Of a stretch of DNA of 64,000 nucleotides, positions 8,547-18,403 are shown piece by piece (the stretch's first letter is position 1; each line of letters opens with the position of its first letter). A model generated the notes under the pieces. The model made no database searches. It was not told the DNA's origin and worked only from the letters and a program-made list of their open reading frames with translations. The DNA is from a phage, in sequence record NC_103192.1, one strand, 5' to 3'. The position numbers were made by a program, and so were the translations under genes.

Positions 8547-9923
8547 ATGCCATATTTAGATAAAGTGGTAGATGTTACAGTTAACCTCGGAACCCAACCT
8601 ATTGACACTGTAGGTTTCGAAACTCCCCTGTTCATCGCTATCCACAACAACTTTACTGAGCGAGCTCGTGTATATGCGGAGCTGGATCAGATGGTGGAGG
8701 ATGGTTTCGCACAAGGCTCTGCGGCGTATGAGTTTGCAGCAAAAGCTTTTGGTGGTGTATTCCCTCCACAATACGTTATGATCGGCAGACAGGCTAAAGA
8801 AAAAACCACCGTAGATTTTAAAGGTATTGCTGCTGCAGCCGATACCGATGTCGTAATGACTATTGCAAAAGGTGGCTACAATACTTCTTTGATAGTTCCT
8901 ATCTCTGGTGGGACAGGTGCAACTCAGATTGCAGAATCAATGAAGACTAAAATCGAAGCAGATGATAACTTGAACGATATCACTGTAGAGGCTGCTGATG
9001 GTGTTATCACCATCACTGGTGACTGTACTGTTGGTTATCATACTGGTAACTATACAATCAAAAATATCGCCAGTTCTGAAAAACCTTCTACAGTAGTTGA
9101 TAAGATCAATGCTGAGCGTGATAATTGGTACTTCCTGTGCCATGAAGACCACACCGACATTGAAGCATGTGCTAAGTGGGCTCAGGCCAATTATAAGCTG
9201 CACGTCTACTCTACTGCAGAAGATGTGACTGGCAAAGATAGTAACATCGCTACCAAACTGAAAGCTGCACAATATGACAGTGTTGGCATGTACGATCCTC
9301 GTGCAGATAAGGACTTCCCGGAGGGTGGTATCATAGGTGCTATGGCATCCAACGATCCGTCCTACGGTGACAGCTTGCACCTAAAACAGATGCCAGGTGT
9401 GATTGCACCATCTCTGACTTTAACTCAGCGTATGGCGATTTGGGAAAACCACGTTAACTTCTACAGAATGATTAACGGTGTTGGCGCTTTCTGGGAAGGT
9501 AAGTGTGCTTCAGGTCAGTATGCAGACGCTATTCGTTTTGCACACTGGATCAAGTTCAGATCTGAAGAATCCATGTTTGGGTACATGCATCGCCGCTCCA
9601 ATATGGGTTTAAGTATGAAGATGTCTGATGATGATCTTCCGGTTATCAAGTCTGTTCTGATGAACAACCCGATCAATACTGGCATTAAGAATGGCGCGAT
9701 CCTGACAGGTTTTGACGAAGACAACAATGTGTTCTACGACCCGATCATCACAGTTCCTAAACGTGCAGAGATCCCAACCAATCAGTTGGCTGCTCGTGTT
9801 CTGGAAGGTGTGAAAGTAGAACTGGTGTATAATAACGCCCTGCACTTCGTTCGTATCCGGATCAACGTCCTTCTGGACAAAGTTGGTTCTAAATCCACCA
9901 ATGCTGTTGCAATGACTGAATAA
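8547..9923 (+). CDS. putative tail sheath protein
   Basis: 458 aa, strong RBS; immediately followed by a 157-aa tube-sized gene, then chaperones and tape measure (myovirus order); no diagnostic motif verified. Confidence 0.5.
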   Translation: MPYLDKVVDVTVNLGTQPIDTVGFETPLFIAIHNNFTERARVYAELDQMVEDGFAQGSAAYEFAAKAFGGVFPPQYVMIGRQAKEKTTVDFKGIAAAADTDVVMTIAKGGYNTSLIVPISGGTGATQIAESMKTKIEADDNLNDITVEAADGVITITGDCTVGYHTGNYTIKNIASSEKPSTVVDKINAERDNWYFLCHEDHTDIEACAKWAQANYKLHVYSTAEDVTGKDSNIATKLKAAQYDSVGMYDPRADKDFPEGGIIGAMASNDPSYGDSLHLKQMPGVIAPSLTLTQRMAIWENHVNFYRMINGVGAFWEGKCASGQYADAIRFAHWIKFRSEESMFGYMHRRSNMGLSMKMSDDDLPVIKSVLMNNPINTGIKNGAILTGFDEDNNVFYDPIITVPKRAEIPTNQLAARVLEGVKVELVYNNALHFVRIRINVLLDKVGSKSTNAVAMTE

Positions 9924-9933
9924 GGAAGCCTAG

Positions 9934-10407
9934 ATGGAAACTCAAATTTTAACTCCTTATGCGTATGACCCTAAAAAGGTCAAACTGTATCTGATGCAGC
10001 AGCGTGTCACTGGCTTCGCTGCTGACACCAAGATTGTTGTTTCAAGAAACGAAGACAACATCTACCCTCATGTTGGTGTGGATGGCGAAATGTCTGCAGC
10101 CCTGTCTCGTAACCAATCTGGTGTTATGACTGTGTCTTTGCAGAACACTTCTGTATGGAACGCTTACCTTTCTGACTGGCAGAAACAGGCATCTATTACT
10201 GGTCTGGTATTCTTCCCGGTTCTACTGGAAGGTAGCCAGGGTCCTGGTATTGCTACAATCGGTTGGATCCAGAAACAGCCTGACCTGACTTACGGAACTG
10301 AAGTAGGTCAACTGGACTGGGATATCGGTATTCTGGATGCATGGCTCAACCGTGACAACATCACTGGTGCTCTCACTGGCCTCGCAGGTCTTGCAGGTAT
10401 TATCTAA
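9934..10407 (+). CDS. putative tail tube protein
   Basis: 157 aa, position between sheath-like gene and chaperones; followed by strong terminator. Confidence 0.5.
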   Translation: METQILTPYAYDPKKVKLYLMQQRVTGFAADTKIVVSRNEDNIYPHVGVDGEMSAALSRNQSGVMTVSLQNTSVWNAYLSDWQKQASITGLVFFPVLLEGSQGPGIATIGWIQKQPDLTYGTEVGQLDWDIGILDAWLNRDNITGALTGLAGLAGII

Positions 10408-10423
10408 GAGCACACCATAGCAT

Positions 10424-10456
10424 AGGCCTCACCTTCGGGTGGGGCTTTTTGCTTTT
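10424..10456 (+). terminator. rho-independent terminator with UUCG tetraloop
   Basis: stem GCCTCACC/GGTGGGGC (one G-U pair), loop TTCG, then TTTTTGCTTTT. Confidence 0.75.
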
Positions 10457-10462
10457 AGGGTT

Positions 10463-10496
10463 TTGACATATTTGTTTGTTTTTAGTATCCTATAAT
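10463..10496 (+). promoter_or_regulatory. promoter region with consensus -35 TTGACA
   Basis: TTGACA 10463-10468; -10 ambiguous (TAGTAT at 15-nt or TATAAT at 22-nt spacing). Confidence 0.4.
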
Positions 10497-10512
10497 AAAG
10501 GAGGAGACAGTC

Positions 10513-12135
10513 ATGGCTAAATTGAGTGCAGAAAGGTTTATCGAAAAAGCTCGTAGGGTTCACGGAGATAAGTACGACTATTCTCTTATAGAATACAAAA
10601 CATGCAAAGATAAGATAGAAATAGTCTGCAATACCTGTGGTAACCACTTCAACCAGACACCGGATAACCATATAAATCTAAAAAGAGGGTGCCCTGTTTG
10701 TGGAGCTGAGAGATCTGCAAAATCAAGAAAGGGTAAGAAATTCCCCCATGAGCGTGGTAACAGGTGCACTACAGAAGAGTGGATCAAGAAGGTACTAAAA
10801 AGATACCCTGAAAATGCTGAAAAGTATGATTATAGTCATGTAGTGTACAAGACCTCTGGAGATAAGGTTGAGATTCATTGCAAAATGTGCGGAAGAATAA
10901 TGCACCAGAAACCTAGCAAGCATTTATCAGGGCAAGGATGCAAGACTTGCGCAGCAAGATCTGTTTCTGCGAAAAAAGTTCCTAGCTTCCAAGAAATAGT
11001 TGAGAGATGTGTAGAAGTGCATGGTAGTGATTATGAGTATTTTGAAGACTCTTATGTGAACACCTCAACACCTATGATGATGCGCCACAAAGAGTGTGGG
11101 AATATCTTCATGCAGCGTCCTGAATTCCATTACGGGAAAGGACAAGGATGCCCTCGTTGCTGTCGAAATCAGTCTAATGGTGAGAAAGAGCTCCTGACGT
11201 TCATTAAAAGTGTGTATAGCGGCGATATTGAAGAGAACGTGCGTATTCTGGACAACTTTAAGGATCCTTCCAAGAAAAAGATGGAGCTGGACATTTATGT
11301 TCCGGAGCTTAAGCTTGCTGTGGAATATAATGGTGCCTACTGGCACTCTGTAGACAGTAAGGGGAAATGGTACCACATCCTGAAAAGGAAGGCCTGTGAA
11401 AAACAAGGTATTCGCATGTTGTCTATCTGGGATTGTGATTGGCAGGATGCTCGGAAAAGACCTATCATTGAGAGATATCTCAAGAATGCTTTAGGAGTCA
11501 AAGACGAGAAGACCGTCTATGCCAGAAAGTGCACAGTTAAAGATGTGGACAATAAAACTTACCGTGACTTTATGGAGAAAAACCACATTCAAGGGTATGC
11601 CCCCGCCAAGGAAGTGAAGAAGGGTCTGTTTACATCTGACGGCGAACTGGTAGCTTGTATGAGTTTTAAAATACTGAAAAACAGAGATCAAAAGGTAACC
11701 CCTTTCGTTATGTGGGATATGGTAAGGTATGCAACAAGCTGTAACGTTCCCGGTGGGCGTAGTAAGCTGTTTAAGCATATCCGAGAAGAGTTTAAGATGG
11801 ATCATGTTCAATCCTTCCTTGACAGAGATTACTTCACAGGCGTGTCCTATAAGGAGGATGGCTGGATTTTGGCAGAGGACGATCAGGTGTCTACTAGCTT
11901 CTGGAGCTACCGTGGTGGCAGAATGCCGAGGCAGGCGTGGTGGAAGTCAAACATCCCAGAGACACTGAAGCATCTCGGGTTGGACGAGTCCTTATACGAT
12001 CCTGAGAAAACACAAGAGTGGAATGCCAAAAATGCAGGCTGCTATATCCTTGAAAACAGTGGCAACTCCCGCTTTGAATGGCACAGCGATGAAGGTAAAA
12101 ATGATCCTGCATACTTGGATTGGTTGAAAGGTTAA
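10513..12135 (+). CDS. free-standing homing-endonuclease-like protein
   Basis: 540 aa; three N-terminal repeats each with paired CxxC motifs (CNTCGN...GCPVCG; CKMCGR...GCKTC; HKECGN...GCPRCC); central ELDIYVPELKLAVEYNGAYWHS resembles a PD-(D/E)xK (Vsr-like) nuclease core; own promoter and terminator. Confidence 0.5.
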   Translation: MAKLSAERFIEKARRVHGDKYDYSLIEYKTCKDKIEIVCNTCGNHFNQTPDNHINLKRGCPVCGAERSAKSRKGKKFPHERGNRCTTEEWIKKVLKRYPENAEKYDYSHVVYKTSGDKVEIHCKMCGRIMHQKPSKHLSGQGCKTCAARSVSAKKVPSFQEIVERCVEVHGSDYEYFEDSYVNTSTPMMMRHKECGNIFMQRPEFHYGKGQGCPRCCRNQSNGEKELLTFIKSVYSGDIEENVRILDNFKDPSKKKMELDIYVPELKLAVEYNGAYWHSVDSKGKWYHILKRKACEKQGIRMLSIWDCDWQDARKRPIIERYLKNALGVKDEKTVYARKCTVKDVDNKTYRDFMEKNHIQGYAPAKEVKKGLFTSDGELVACMSFKILKNRDQKVTPFVMWDMVRYATSCNVPGGRSKLFKHIREEFKMDHVQSFLDRDYFTGVSYKEDGWILAEDDQVSTSFWSYRGGRMPRQAWWKSNIPETLKHLGLDESLYDPEKTQEWNAKNAGCYILENSGNSRFEWHSDEGKNDPAYLDWLKG

Positions 12136-12136
12136 A

Positions 12137-12165
12137 TTGACAATGCACTATAATCATGGTAAAAT
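12137..12165 (+). promoter_or_regulatory. promoter TTGACA-17-TGgTAAAAT
   Basis: consensus -35 at 12137-12142, extended -10 at 12157-12165. Confidence 0.6.
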
Positions 12166-12208
12166 ACACAAATATGGTGCACAACATGACTAATAAGGAT
12201 GCTATAAA

Positions 12209-12682
12209 ATGGCTATAAACTTTAGACCTACAACAGAGATTGATTTAGCAGGGCACAACTTTGTGATCACCCACTGGGGACCGATGAAGGCAATGAAAAA
12301 CATGCCTAAAATCGGTAAGATTGTAGCTGTCCCGCTAGGTGCTATCGGTGGATCTATTCTCTCAGGCGGTCAGAATATGGCAGAGGTACTTCCTACAGCC
12401 CTGGCTTACCTGTTTCAAGAACTTGATGATAACTCTATTGAAGAGTTATTTAAAATCTTGTTCGAAGATATTACCGTGGATGGTGTGGATAAGCTTAACC
12501 CTGATGTTGTGTTTGCAGGGCATCTGCTGGAGATGATTAAGCTGGCAGGTAAGGTTCTGGAGGTTAACTACGGCTGTTTTTTCACACAAGACGGTTTAGG
12601 AAGCCTTCTGGAGATGTTACAGCAGATGGGTATGATTCAGCAGGTGAACAGTCTGGATCAGACTCCGGAAGAGCAGGAATAA
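12209..12682 (+). CDS. tail assembly chaperone (G-like)
   Basis: 157 aa directly upstream of the tape measure gene; contains slippery heptamer; acidic C-terminus. Confidence 0.6.
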   Translation: MAINFRPTTEIDLAGHNFVITHWGPMKAMKNMPKIGKIVAVPLGAIGGSILSGGQNMAEVLPTALAYLFQELDDNSIEELFKILFEDITVDGVDKLNPDVVFAGHLLEMIKLAGKVLEVNYGCFFTQDGLGSLLEMLQQMGMIQQVNSLDQTPEEQE

Positions 12683-12942
12683 GCAAGGTTGTTGTGAGGG
12701 CCAGTGAGTGGGCAGCCAAGAACAGTTCACTTAACTGGTTCGACTTTCTTTGGTGCAGGGTGCTCAAGAATTTCAAAGGGGAAAATTTTGAATCGCTAAA
12801 TCTTGCAGATATGGCGTATTTCCTGAAGCTCTGTGAGTATCTTGATATCGAAGAATTCCTAGATACCGTCCAAAACAGGGAAATGGAGCGGGAGCAGAAG
12901 GCTGCCGCAGCTGCTGCGAAAGCTAAGCGCAGGAGAGGATAA
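12209..12942 (+). CDS. tail assembly chaperone GT-like frameshift fusion (join 12209..12583, 12583..12942)
   Basis: predicted 244-aa product by -1 slip at 12577-12583; downstream part ends in Ala/Lys-rich tail (QKAAAAAAKAKRRRG). Confidence 0.5.
12577..12583 (+). other. -1 programmed ribosomal frameshift slippery site T_TTT_TTC
   Basis: X_XXY_YYZ heptamer in the zero frame of the chaperone ORF; the -1 frame opens at 12568 (TAA at 12565-12567) and stays open to 12942. Confidence 0.6.
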
Positions 12943-12947
12943 TCTAA

Positions 12948-12985
12948 GGGCCGGATTCCTTTTCTGGGATCTGGCCCTTTTTATT
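12948..12985 (+). terminator. stem-loop with U-tract between chaperone and tape measure genes (possible attenuator)
   Basis: GGGCCGGAU/AUCUGGCCC 9-bp stem (one G-U), 12-nt loop, then TTTTTATT. Confidence 0.4.
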
Positions 12986-12996
12986 ATGAGGAAACC

Positions 12997-15333
12997 ATGG
13001 CTACAAACAAAATAGTTGCCACAACAGTCAACAAGATTGGCTTTGAGATAGAGAACTCCTCCTACAAAAAAGCTGTAGAGAAAATTCGCAGTATTGGGAG
13101 GGAGTTCAGGAAACTAGGTGAGGATTTTAACTCAGCCAACCCCATGAGTAGATGGCAGGCGGTAGCTGTTAAAACCCAGCAGACAATGCAGCGGGTTGCC
13201 AGACAGCAATCTCAGGCAAATGCTAAACTGCACAGGGAGAGCGTAGCACAGGCCAAGAAAGAGGCTGCAGTAAGGGCTGCAATAGAACGTAGGGAGAATG
13301 CGAGACGTAAACAAGCTGTAGGTAATCTTACCGCTAAAAATCCAGAAATGGCTAGGATGCGTAAGTTCTACCAGCAGCAAGCTAAAGAGGCCAAAAAGGC
13401 TGCCAAATCTGCACCAGTGTCTTACGGCGGTTATAAGGCACCCAAGGCAAGAGTTTTGGCTAATGCCAAATCTTTCAAGTATATCCCAGGTAACCCTAAT
13501 ATGGGTGGTGTGGCTTCCGACCCTAACCTTGTGAAAGCTCAGACAGCCGCTATGAATCGTTATCATAGACAGCTAAGAAGAGACAGTAAAGCTGGTATGG
13601 ATAATAAGCTTATGTCGGATCGTGAGGCAAGGAGAACCCACCTCTACAACTCTGCGATAAGACTTTCTGCCAAGTACGGAGCCGGATTCCGTGGAAGCTT
13701 GCCAGGATACTCAGAGTTAGAGTCCAGGTTTGCTCGCGGGGAGATGAAAAAGTCAACCTTTAACGCCCACCTGTCAGCTCTGCAGTCCGGATTTAAAAGC
13801 GCCACCAGCCAAACGCTTACACTGGGTGATGCCATGAGAGACTTACGTAGGTCTGTTATTAATGCAACAGCTGCGTACACGGCTTTCTCTGGATTTACTG
13901 CTGTGAACAGATCTGGTCACATGATGGAGGGGGCAAGTGCTGCTCTTACTGCTGTTACTGGAGATCCAAACAAAGCCAACAGTGAGGTTGCGTTTGTCCA
14001 GCAAGAGGCTATGCGTCTTGGCTTTGATCTCAAATCTGGTCTTCAAGGTTACGCCCAAATGTCGGTAAACGCCAAAAACCAGATGACAAATCAGGAAGTG
14101 CATGAGCTGTTTTCTGCATATTCCCAGTATGCTGCTGCTTATGGTGCCGATGAGGTAAAATACCAGCGCGGTATTATGGCAATCCAACAGATGCTTGGCA
14201 AGGGACAAGTAATGTCCGAAGAACTGAAGCAACAACTTGCTGAAGCATTGCCCGGTGCATACGAACCTTTTATCAAGGCCACCAAAGAGGCTTTTGGTCT
14301 TTCTGAACTATCCATGGATCAGTTCATGGATATGATGAAGAAAGGTGAGGTTAAGACAGCCAAGATCATGAAGTATGTGGCTAAGTACATGAACGAGGCA
14401 TCTGCAGCTGGTTATGAAAGAATGCAGAAGTCTAACGTGCTGGCAGAAAACAGACTGAAAACCTTCATCGAACTGACTCGTCAGAAACTGTTCACTCGTT
14501 GGTCTGACGAACTAACAGAGTTCTATTATACACTAATCCGCACTGGTGAGACTCTGCAATTTGTGTGGGATGCCTCTGGTGATTTTGTTAGCGGGTTTGT
14601 GAGAGGCCTTAACTGGGTAGTTGGTGAACTAAACAACACTATAGTCAAGATCCGCATGTTTTTCCTTGAATGGGGGATTAAATGGGGATTCATAACAGCT
14701 AAGACGAAGGAATATTCTGAAGAGCTTCATGACACCTTTAGCTATGCTAAATGGGCAGGGTTTGCTGCTGCCATCATGCTGGTAGTCAACGCCCTAACAA
14801 AAGGTTTTGTCATGGCATCCATGCTTGTAAAAACCTTTAAATTCCTTAACTCTCTAAGGGGTGCAGCTGGAGCAGCAGGTGCCGCTACTACAGAAGGATC
14901 TGGTGGTGGAGCTCCGGCAGGAAAAGGTGGAGGTGGCCTCAAGACACCTGGTGGCAAAGTTGGTCTGCTCGGTAAGCTGGGCATTATCGGTACAATACTA
15001 AGCGCCGGGGAATTATTTAATGACCGTTACAACCCACTAAGTGAAAGAAATCAGCAGCTGGATACTATCAGCGATATGATTCGCAAAGATATCATATCGG
15101 GAGGTAACGGGTTTGTTAATCCTTTGGACACCTTACCGGGAGGGACTCTTCCGTTGCCAGGTGGCCCTGGTTTTGCCTCTCAATTAAGAACTATGGAAAT
15201 GCTACCTTTAGAGATCAGTGATGGGAAAATCACGCTTTCCATAGATGAGGGCGAGTTTAGCAAAATACTTGATGCAAAACTTGAGTGGGAGAACAGTAAA
15301 GATATCAACTTCATGTCTACCGACCTTTGGTAA
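12997..15333 (+). CDS. tail tape measure protein
   Basis: 778 aa, helical Ala/Gln/Lys-rich N-half, Gly-rich segment (GAAGAAGAATTEGSGGGAPAGKGGGG), directly downstream of frameshifted chaperones. Confidence 0.75.
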   Translation: MATNKIVATTVNKIGFEIENSSYKKAVEKIRSIGREFRKLGEDFNSANPMSRWQAVAVKTQQTMQRVARQQSQANAKLHRESVAQAKKEAAVRAAIERRENARRKQAVGNLTAKNPEMARMRKFYQQQAKEAKKAAKSAPVSYGGYKAPKARVLANAKSFKYIPGNPNMGGVASDPNLVKAQTAAMNRYHRQLRRDSKAGMDNKLMSDREARRTHLYNSAIRLSAKYGAGFRGSLPGYSELESRFARGEMKKSTFNAHLSALQSGFKSATSQTLTLGDAMRDLRRSVINATAAYTAFSGFTAVNRSGHMMEGASAALTAVTGDPNKANSEVAFVQQEAMRLGFDLKSGLQGYAQMSVNAKNQMTNQEVHELFSAYSQYAAAYGADEVKYQRGIMAIQQMLGKGQVMSEELKQQLAEALPGAYEPFIKATKEAFGLSELSMDQFMDMMKKGEVKTAKIMKYVAKYMNEASAAGYERMQKSNVLAENRLKTFIELTRQKLFTRWSDELTEFYYTLIRTGETLQFVWDASGDFVSGFVRGLNWVVGELNNTIVKIRMFFLEWGIKWGFITAKTKEYSEELHDTFSYAKWAGFAAAIMLVVNALTKGFVMASMLVKTFKFLNSLRGAAGAAGAATTEGSGGGAPAGKGGGGLKTPGGKVGLLGKLGIIGTILSAGELFNDRYNPLSERNQQLDTISDMIRKDIISGGNGFVNPLDTLPGGTLPLPGGPGFASQLRTMEMLPLEISDGKITLSIDEGEFSKILDAKLEWENSKDINFMSTDLW

Positions 15334-15344
15334 TAAACTGTGTA

Positions 15345-15368
15345 GGGGGCTCTGGCCCCCCTTTACTT
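15345..15368 (+). terminator. hairpin GGGGGC-TCTG-GCCCCC with weak U-tract
   Basis: 6-bp GC stem read from sequence. Confidence 0.45.
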
Positions 15369-15376
15369 CATCAGTG

Positions 15377-15405
15377 TTGTAAAAACGGCTATTTTATGAT
15401 ACAAT
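15377..15405 (+). promoter_or_regulatory. promoter TTGTAA-17-TGaTACAAT
   Basis: -35 at 15377-15382, extended -10 at 15397-15405. Confidence 0.5.
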
Positions 15406-15411
15406 ATTTAG

Positions 15412-16323
15412 ATGGTATCGGAGTGTCCTGGAGAGGTTATGCAAAGTAATATAGTTGATGAAAAAGACCTGTACAAGCCTCGAGAGGTTAAATCTCCAAA
15501 GGCTGAAAAGGCAGAGCAGCAAACCGAAAGCGATGTAAAGTACACCATGTTTGTCAGCGGTCTTAACTATGGCGGTCGCAACATAGAGATGAAGGGTAAA
15601 AACTTTACTAACGATCTTGCCATTATCTTCGATCAGGTTGAGAATTACTCTTTCAAACATTCTGTTGATAAGACGGGGTTTGCGGTGGAAGATAAATCTA
15701 CCCTGTCAGACCACGCTGTAATTAAAGATGGTGTATTTTCTTTTACTGGTAGGGTAAATACATCTCCACATATAATCTATGAGCAAAACTACATCGATAG
15801 GAATACTGACTCTAAAAACCCTGCAGCATCTATGCGACCAGGCGCTGCACTGGAGGCTTTGACTGAGATCATTAATAAGCGCCAGTTGGTTTCTTTGGTT
15901 ACCGAGGAGAGACTCCTTGAGAACTATATCATAACCAGCCTTTCTGCCAGTAAGTCCGTTGGTGAAGGTGCTGCGATGGTGTTTGATGTAGAACTTACAG
16001 AGTTCCGCACATTCTACTTGAACAAGGTTGTTAATGCAACTGTATACAGCAACCCTAAGAAAGTAGGCAAGACCCAGCAAAAAGGTGCTGTCAACGATTG
16101 TAAGAATGGCAGTAACGTAGGTAACAAGAGGGACACAGGGGCATTTGCAGACACTGCATCCACAAATGCTGCAGAAGAGTGGCAGCCATACAAATCTATG
16201 ATGTGGACGGATGAAAACGGTGTTACCCAATCTGCTGCGGATTGGTATTATCAGGAATATGGAAGACCTTCTACCATAGTCCCATCTGAGCAGGGAAACT
16301 ACAACAAAGTTAACGGAAAATAA
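15412..16323 (+). CDS. hypothetical tail/baseplate protein
   Basis: 303 aa; start ambiguous (ATG 15412 leaderless-like, or ATG 15439 with GAGAGG RBS); synteny after tape measure. Confidence 0.4.
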   Translation: MVSECPGEVMQSNIVDEKDLYKPREVKSPKAEKAEQQTESDVKYTMFVSGLNYGGRNIEMKGKNFTNDLAIIFDQVENYSFKHSVDKTGFAVEDKSTLSDHAVIKDGVFSFTGRVNTSPHIIYEQNYIDRNTDSKNPAASMRPGAALEALTEIINKRQLVSLVTEERLLENYIITSLSASKSVGEGAAMVFDVELTEFRTFYLNKVVNATVYSNPKKVGKTQQKGAVNDCKNGSNVGNKRDTGAFADTASTNAAEEWQPYKSMMWTDENGVTQSAADWYYQEYGRPSTIVPSEQGNYNKVNGK

Positions 16324-16335
16324 GGGGAGCGTGTA

Positions 16336-16716
16336 ATGGAGCTTAAAGATTGGTGCATAATCACCTTTGTGTGGGACATTGACGGCTTTCCTGATCAAAC
16401 CATGCGTGTTGTTTTAGACAATGAGACGTATGAAATGCGTATGCAATGGAATGAGAGGGACGAGTCCTGGTGGTTATCTCTTGGTCCGGTAGGTGACAGC
16501 CCTTTAGTAACCAGAAAAGTAACAGCTTGTCAAGATATTTTAGACGGACTGCATTACAGAGATGATTTACCGAAAGGAAGACTGATGGTGCTGTCGTTTA
16601 AAGACGATCAATATTGGGGTAGAGTTGGAAGATATAACCTTGGGGCGAGATCTGAGCTACAACTTGTATACGGCACCCCGGTTGATCTTTACAAGGAACA
16701 GCAAGGGTTAGAATAA
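16336..16716 (+). CDS. hypothetical tail protein
   Basis: 126 aa, AGGGGAG RBS. Confidence 0.4.
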   Translation: MELKDWCIITFVWDIDGFPDQTMRVVLDNETYEMRMQWNERDESWWLSLGPVGDSPLVTRKVTACQDILDGLHYRDDLPKGRLMVLSFKDDQYWGRVGRYNLGARSELQLVYGTPVDLYKEQQGLE

Positions 16717-17714
16717 TGGCAGAGTACAGACGTAGAACATGGCGATTATTGTTTGGTCGTCCGGTAGAGCATGGTGGTAAATCAAAAACCAATATCCCAA
16801 AATCTGTTGAAAAGAAAGGGGAGAGTGATTCCGGAGTTTATGAAGTTAGCTCAGACACTGGTGCTGCCAATATAGAGTTTGACATACAAAAGGACAATAC
16901 CAAAGAGCCAAACAAAGGTTATGTGACAGTTTACAACCTGTCTGACGATACAGTTAACTATCTGGATATGCATCAGGCTGATGCCCTTGCAGTTATGTTT
17001 GAAGCTGGCTATGATAATGAGAACCAGTTGATATTCTCCGGAACTGTGGAGTTTGTTGAAGACAGATGGGAAGGTCCGACCAGAAAAACTAAGTTCATCT
17101 TTGGAGATGGCACTGAGAACATCATTAAGTGCCAAAGCACAAGATCTTATCAGAAAGGCACACCTCTGAACTCTGTGCTTAATGACCTGCTGAAGGATAT
17201 GAACTTGCCAAAAGGTAGGGTTGTTGGTTTTGGAAACCAGACTTTGCAATACTCTATGGCTTTCTCTGGAAACACTGCAGAGAACCTCCGCAGGTTTGCA
17301 AGGCTGACAAACTCAACATTTAGCGTTCAGGATGGGGCTTTATATTGGACCAAGGTTGGAAAAAGGTTCAAGGACTCTGTATTTGAAATAAGTGCAGAAT
17401 CTGGGATGCACGGATCACCTACTCCTAAAAACCCAGAACCTGCTAAAAAACGAAAAGCTAAAGCTGCTGCGAAAGGTGGCACAAGTAAGAAAAAGAAAAA
17501 CCCGAGAGAGGATGTTGGTCTTACTGTAACAACATGCCTTAACGGAGCTATCCTCCCAGAGTCCACCATTTATCTTAAAAGTAGGCAATACACAGGTTTC
17601 TATAAGGTGATCACGGTGCACCATAAGGGCACCATAGAAGGCGGTGATTACACTACAGAGCTTGGCCTTGGGGAAACAATAGGTGGAGTTGTTGACAAAA
17701 CTGAGGAGGTATAA
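16716..17714 (+). CDS. putative baseplate hub protein
   Basis: 332 aa with Lys-rich segment (PAKKRKAKAAAKGGTSKKKKNP); position directly upstream of the gpV-like spike. Confidence 0.4.
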   Translation: MAEYRRRTWRLLFGRPVEHGGKSKTNIPKSVEKKGESDSGVYEVSSDTGAANIEFDIQKDNTKEPNKGYVTVYNLSDDTVNYLDMHQADALAVMFEAGYDNENQLIFSGTVEFVEDRWEGPTRKTKFIFGDGTENIIKCQSTRSYQKGTPLNSVLNDLLKDMNLPKGRVVGFGNQTLQYSMAFSGNTAENLRRFARLTNSTFSVQDGALYWTKVGKRFKDSVFEISAESGMHGSPTPKNPEPAKKRKAKAAAKGGTSKKKKNPREDVGLTVTTCLNGAILPESTIYLKSRQYTGFYKVITVHHKGTIEGGDYTTELGLGETIGGVVDKTEEV

Positions 17715-18391
17715 TGGCAATAAATAGGAAAGATGCTGCCGTAAGATCCTTTATAGAAAAAATAATGAGGGACTACCACACCAGTATCAGGGCTAGAGTT
17801 GTCAGCGTAGATTACAGTATCCCTTCCGCAGCCGTGCAGCCAATAGCTGAAACCACGTTTGATGACGGAGATGTTGAGAGATACCCTCTTATCTATGATG
17901 TGCCAATCCAGGTGATGTCTGCAAACAGTGGGAAGGCAAGGTTAACACTCCCTATTAAGGCTGGAGATGTTGTAGGATTGCAGTTTTCAGAGAGAAATGA
18001 AAACAATAATGATGATCAACAAACTCACGGCCTGTTTCCGGGGTGGGCAATCACCTCTGTTCATTCAGACTCAAACGCCTTACAGATCGATCCTGATAAC
18101 GTAGAGTTATGGAATGATAGGGTTTATTTTAAACTGACACCTTCTGGCGATTTTGAGCTTCAAACACCTGGTGGGACATTACGGTGCGACAGCAGCGGGG
18201 AGTTTTCTTTCACTAACGGGGCTGCCAATTTGCGAGCTGCTGTGGATGGGAATATCAGAATGAATGGTGCTACAATAGACCCATCTGGTAGAATTATAAC
18301 TGCTGCTGGCGTGGATTTGGATTCATTCTATGCAGAATATAAAGGTCATACCCACTCTTGCCCTGATGGCGAGACAAGTGGACCGCACTAA
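17714..18391 (+). CDS. baseplate spike protein (gpV-like)
   Basis: 225 aa; C-terminus GHTHSCPDGETSGPH matches, from memory, the HxH...G..TGSP apex motif of P2 gpV-type spikes. Confidence 0.55.
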   Translation: MAINRKDAAVRSFIEKIMRDYHTSIRARVVSVDYSIPSAAVQPIAETTFDDGDVERYPLIYDVPIQVMSANSGKARLTLPIKAGDVVGLQFSERNENNNDDQQTHGLFPGWAITSVHSDSNALQIDPDNVELWNDRVYFKLTPSGDFELQTPGGTLRCDSSGEFSFTNGAANLRAAVDGNIRMNGATIDPSGRIITAAGVDLDSFYAEYKGHTHSCPDGETSGPH

Positions 18392-18403
18392 TAGAGGGCT
18401 TTC

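Noticed and set aside
15706-16398. 230-aa minus-strand ORF overlapping post-tape-measure genes
   Set aside because: Opposite to plus-strand genes with good RBS and operon continuity.
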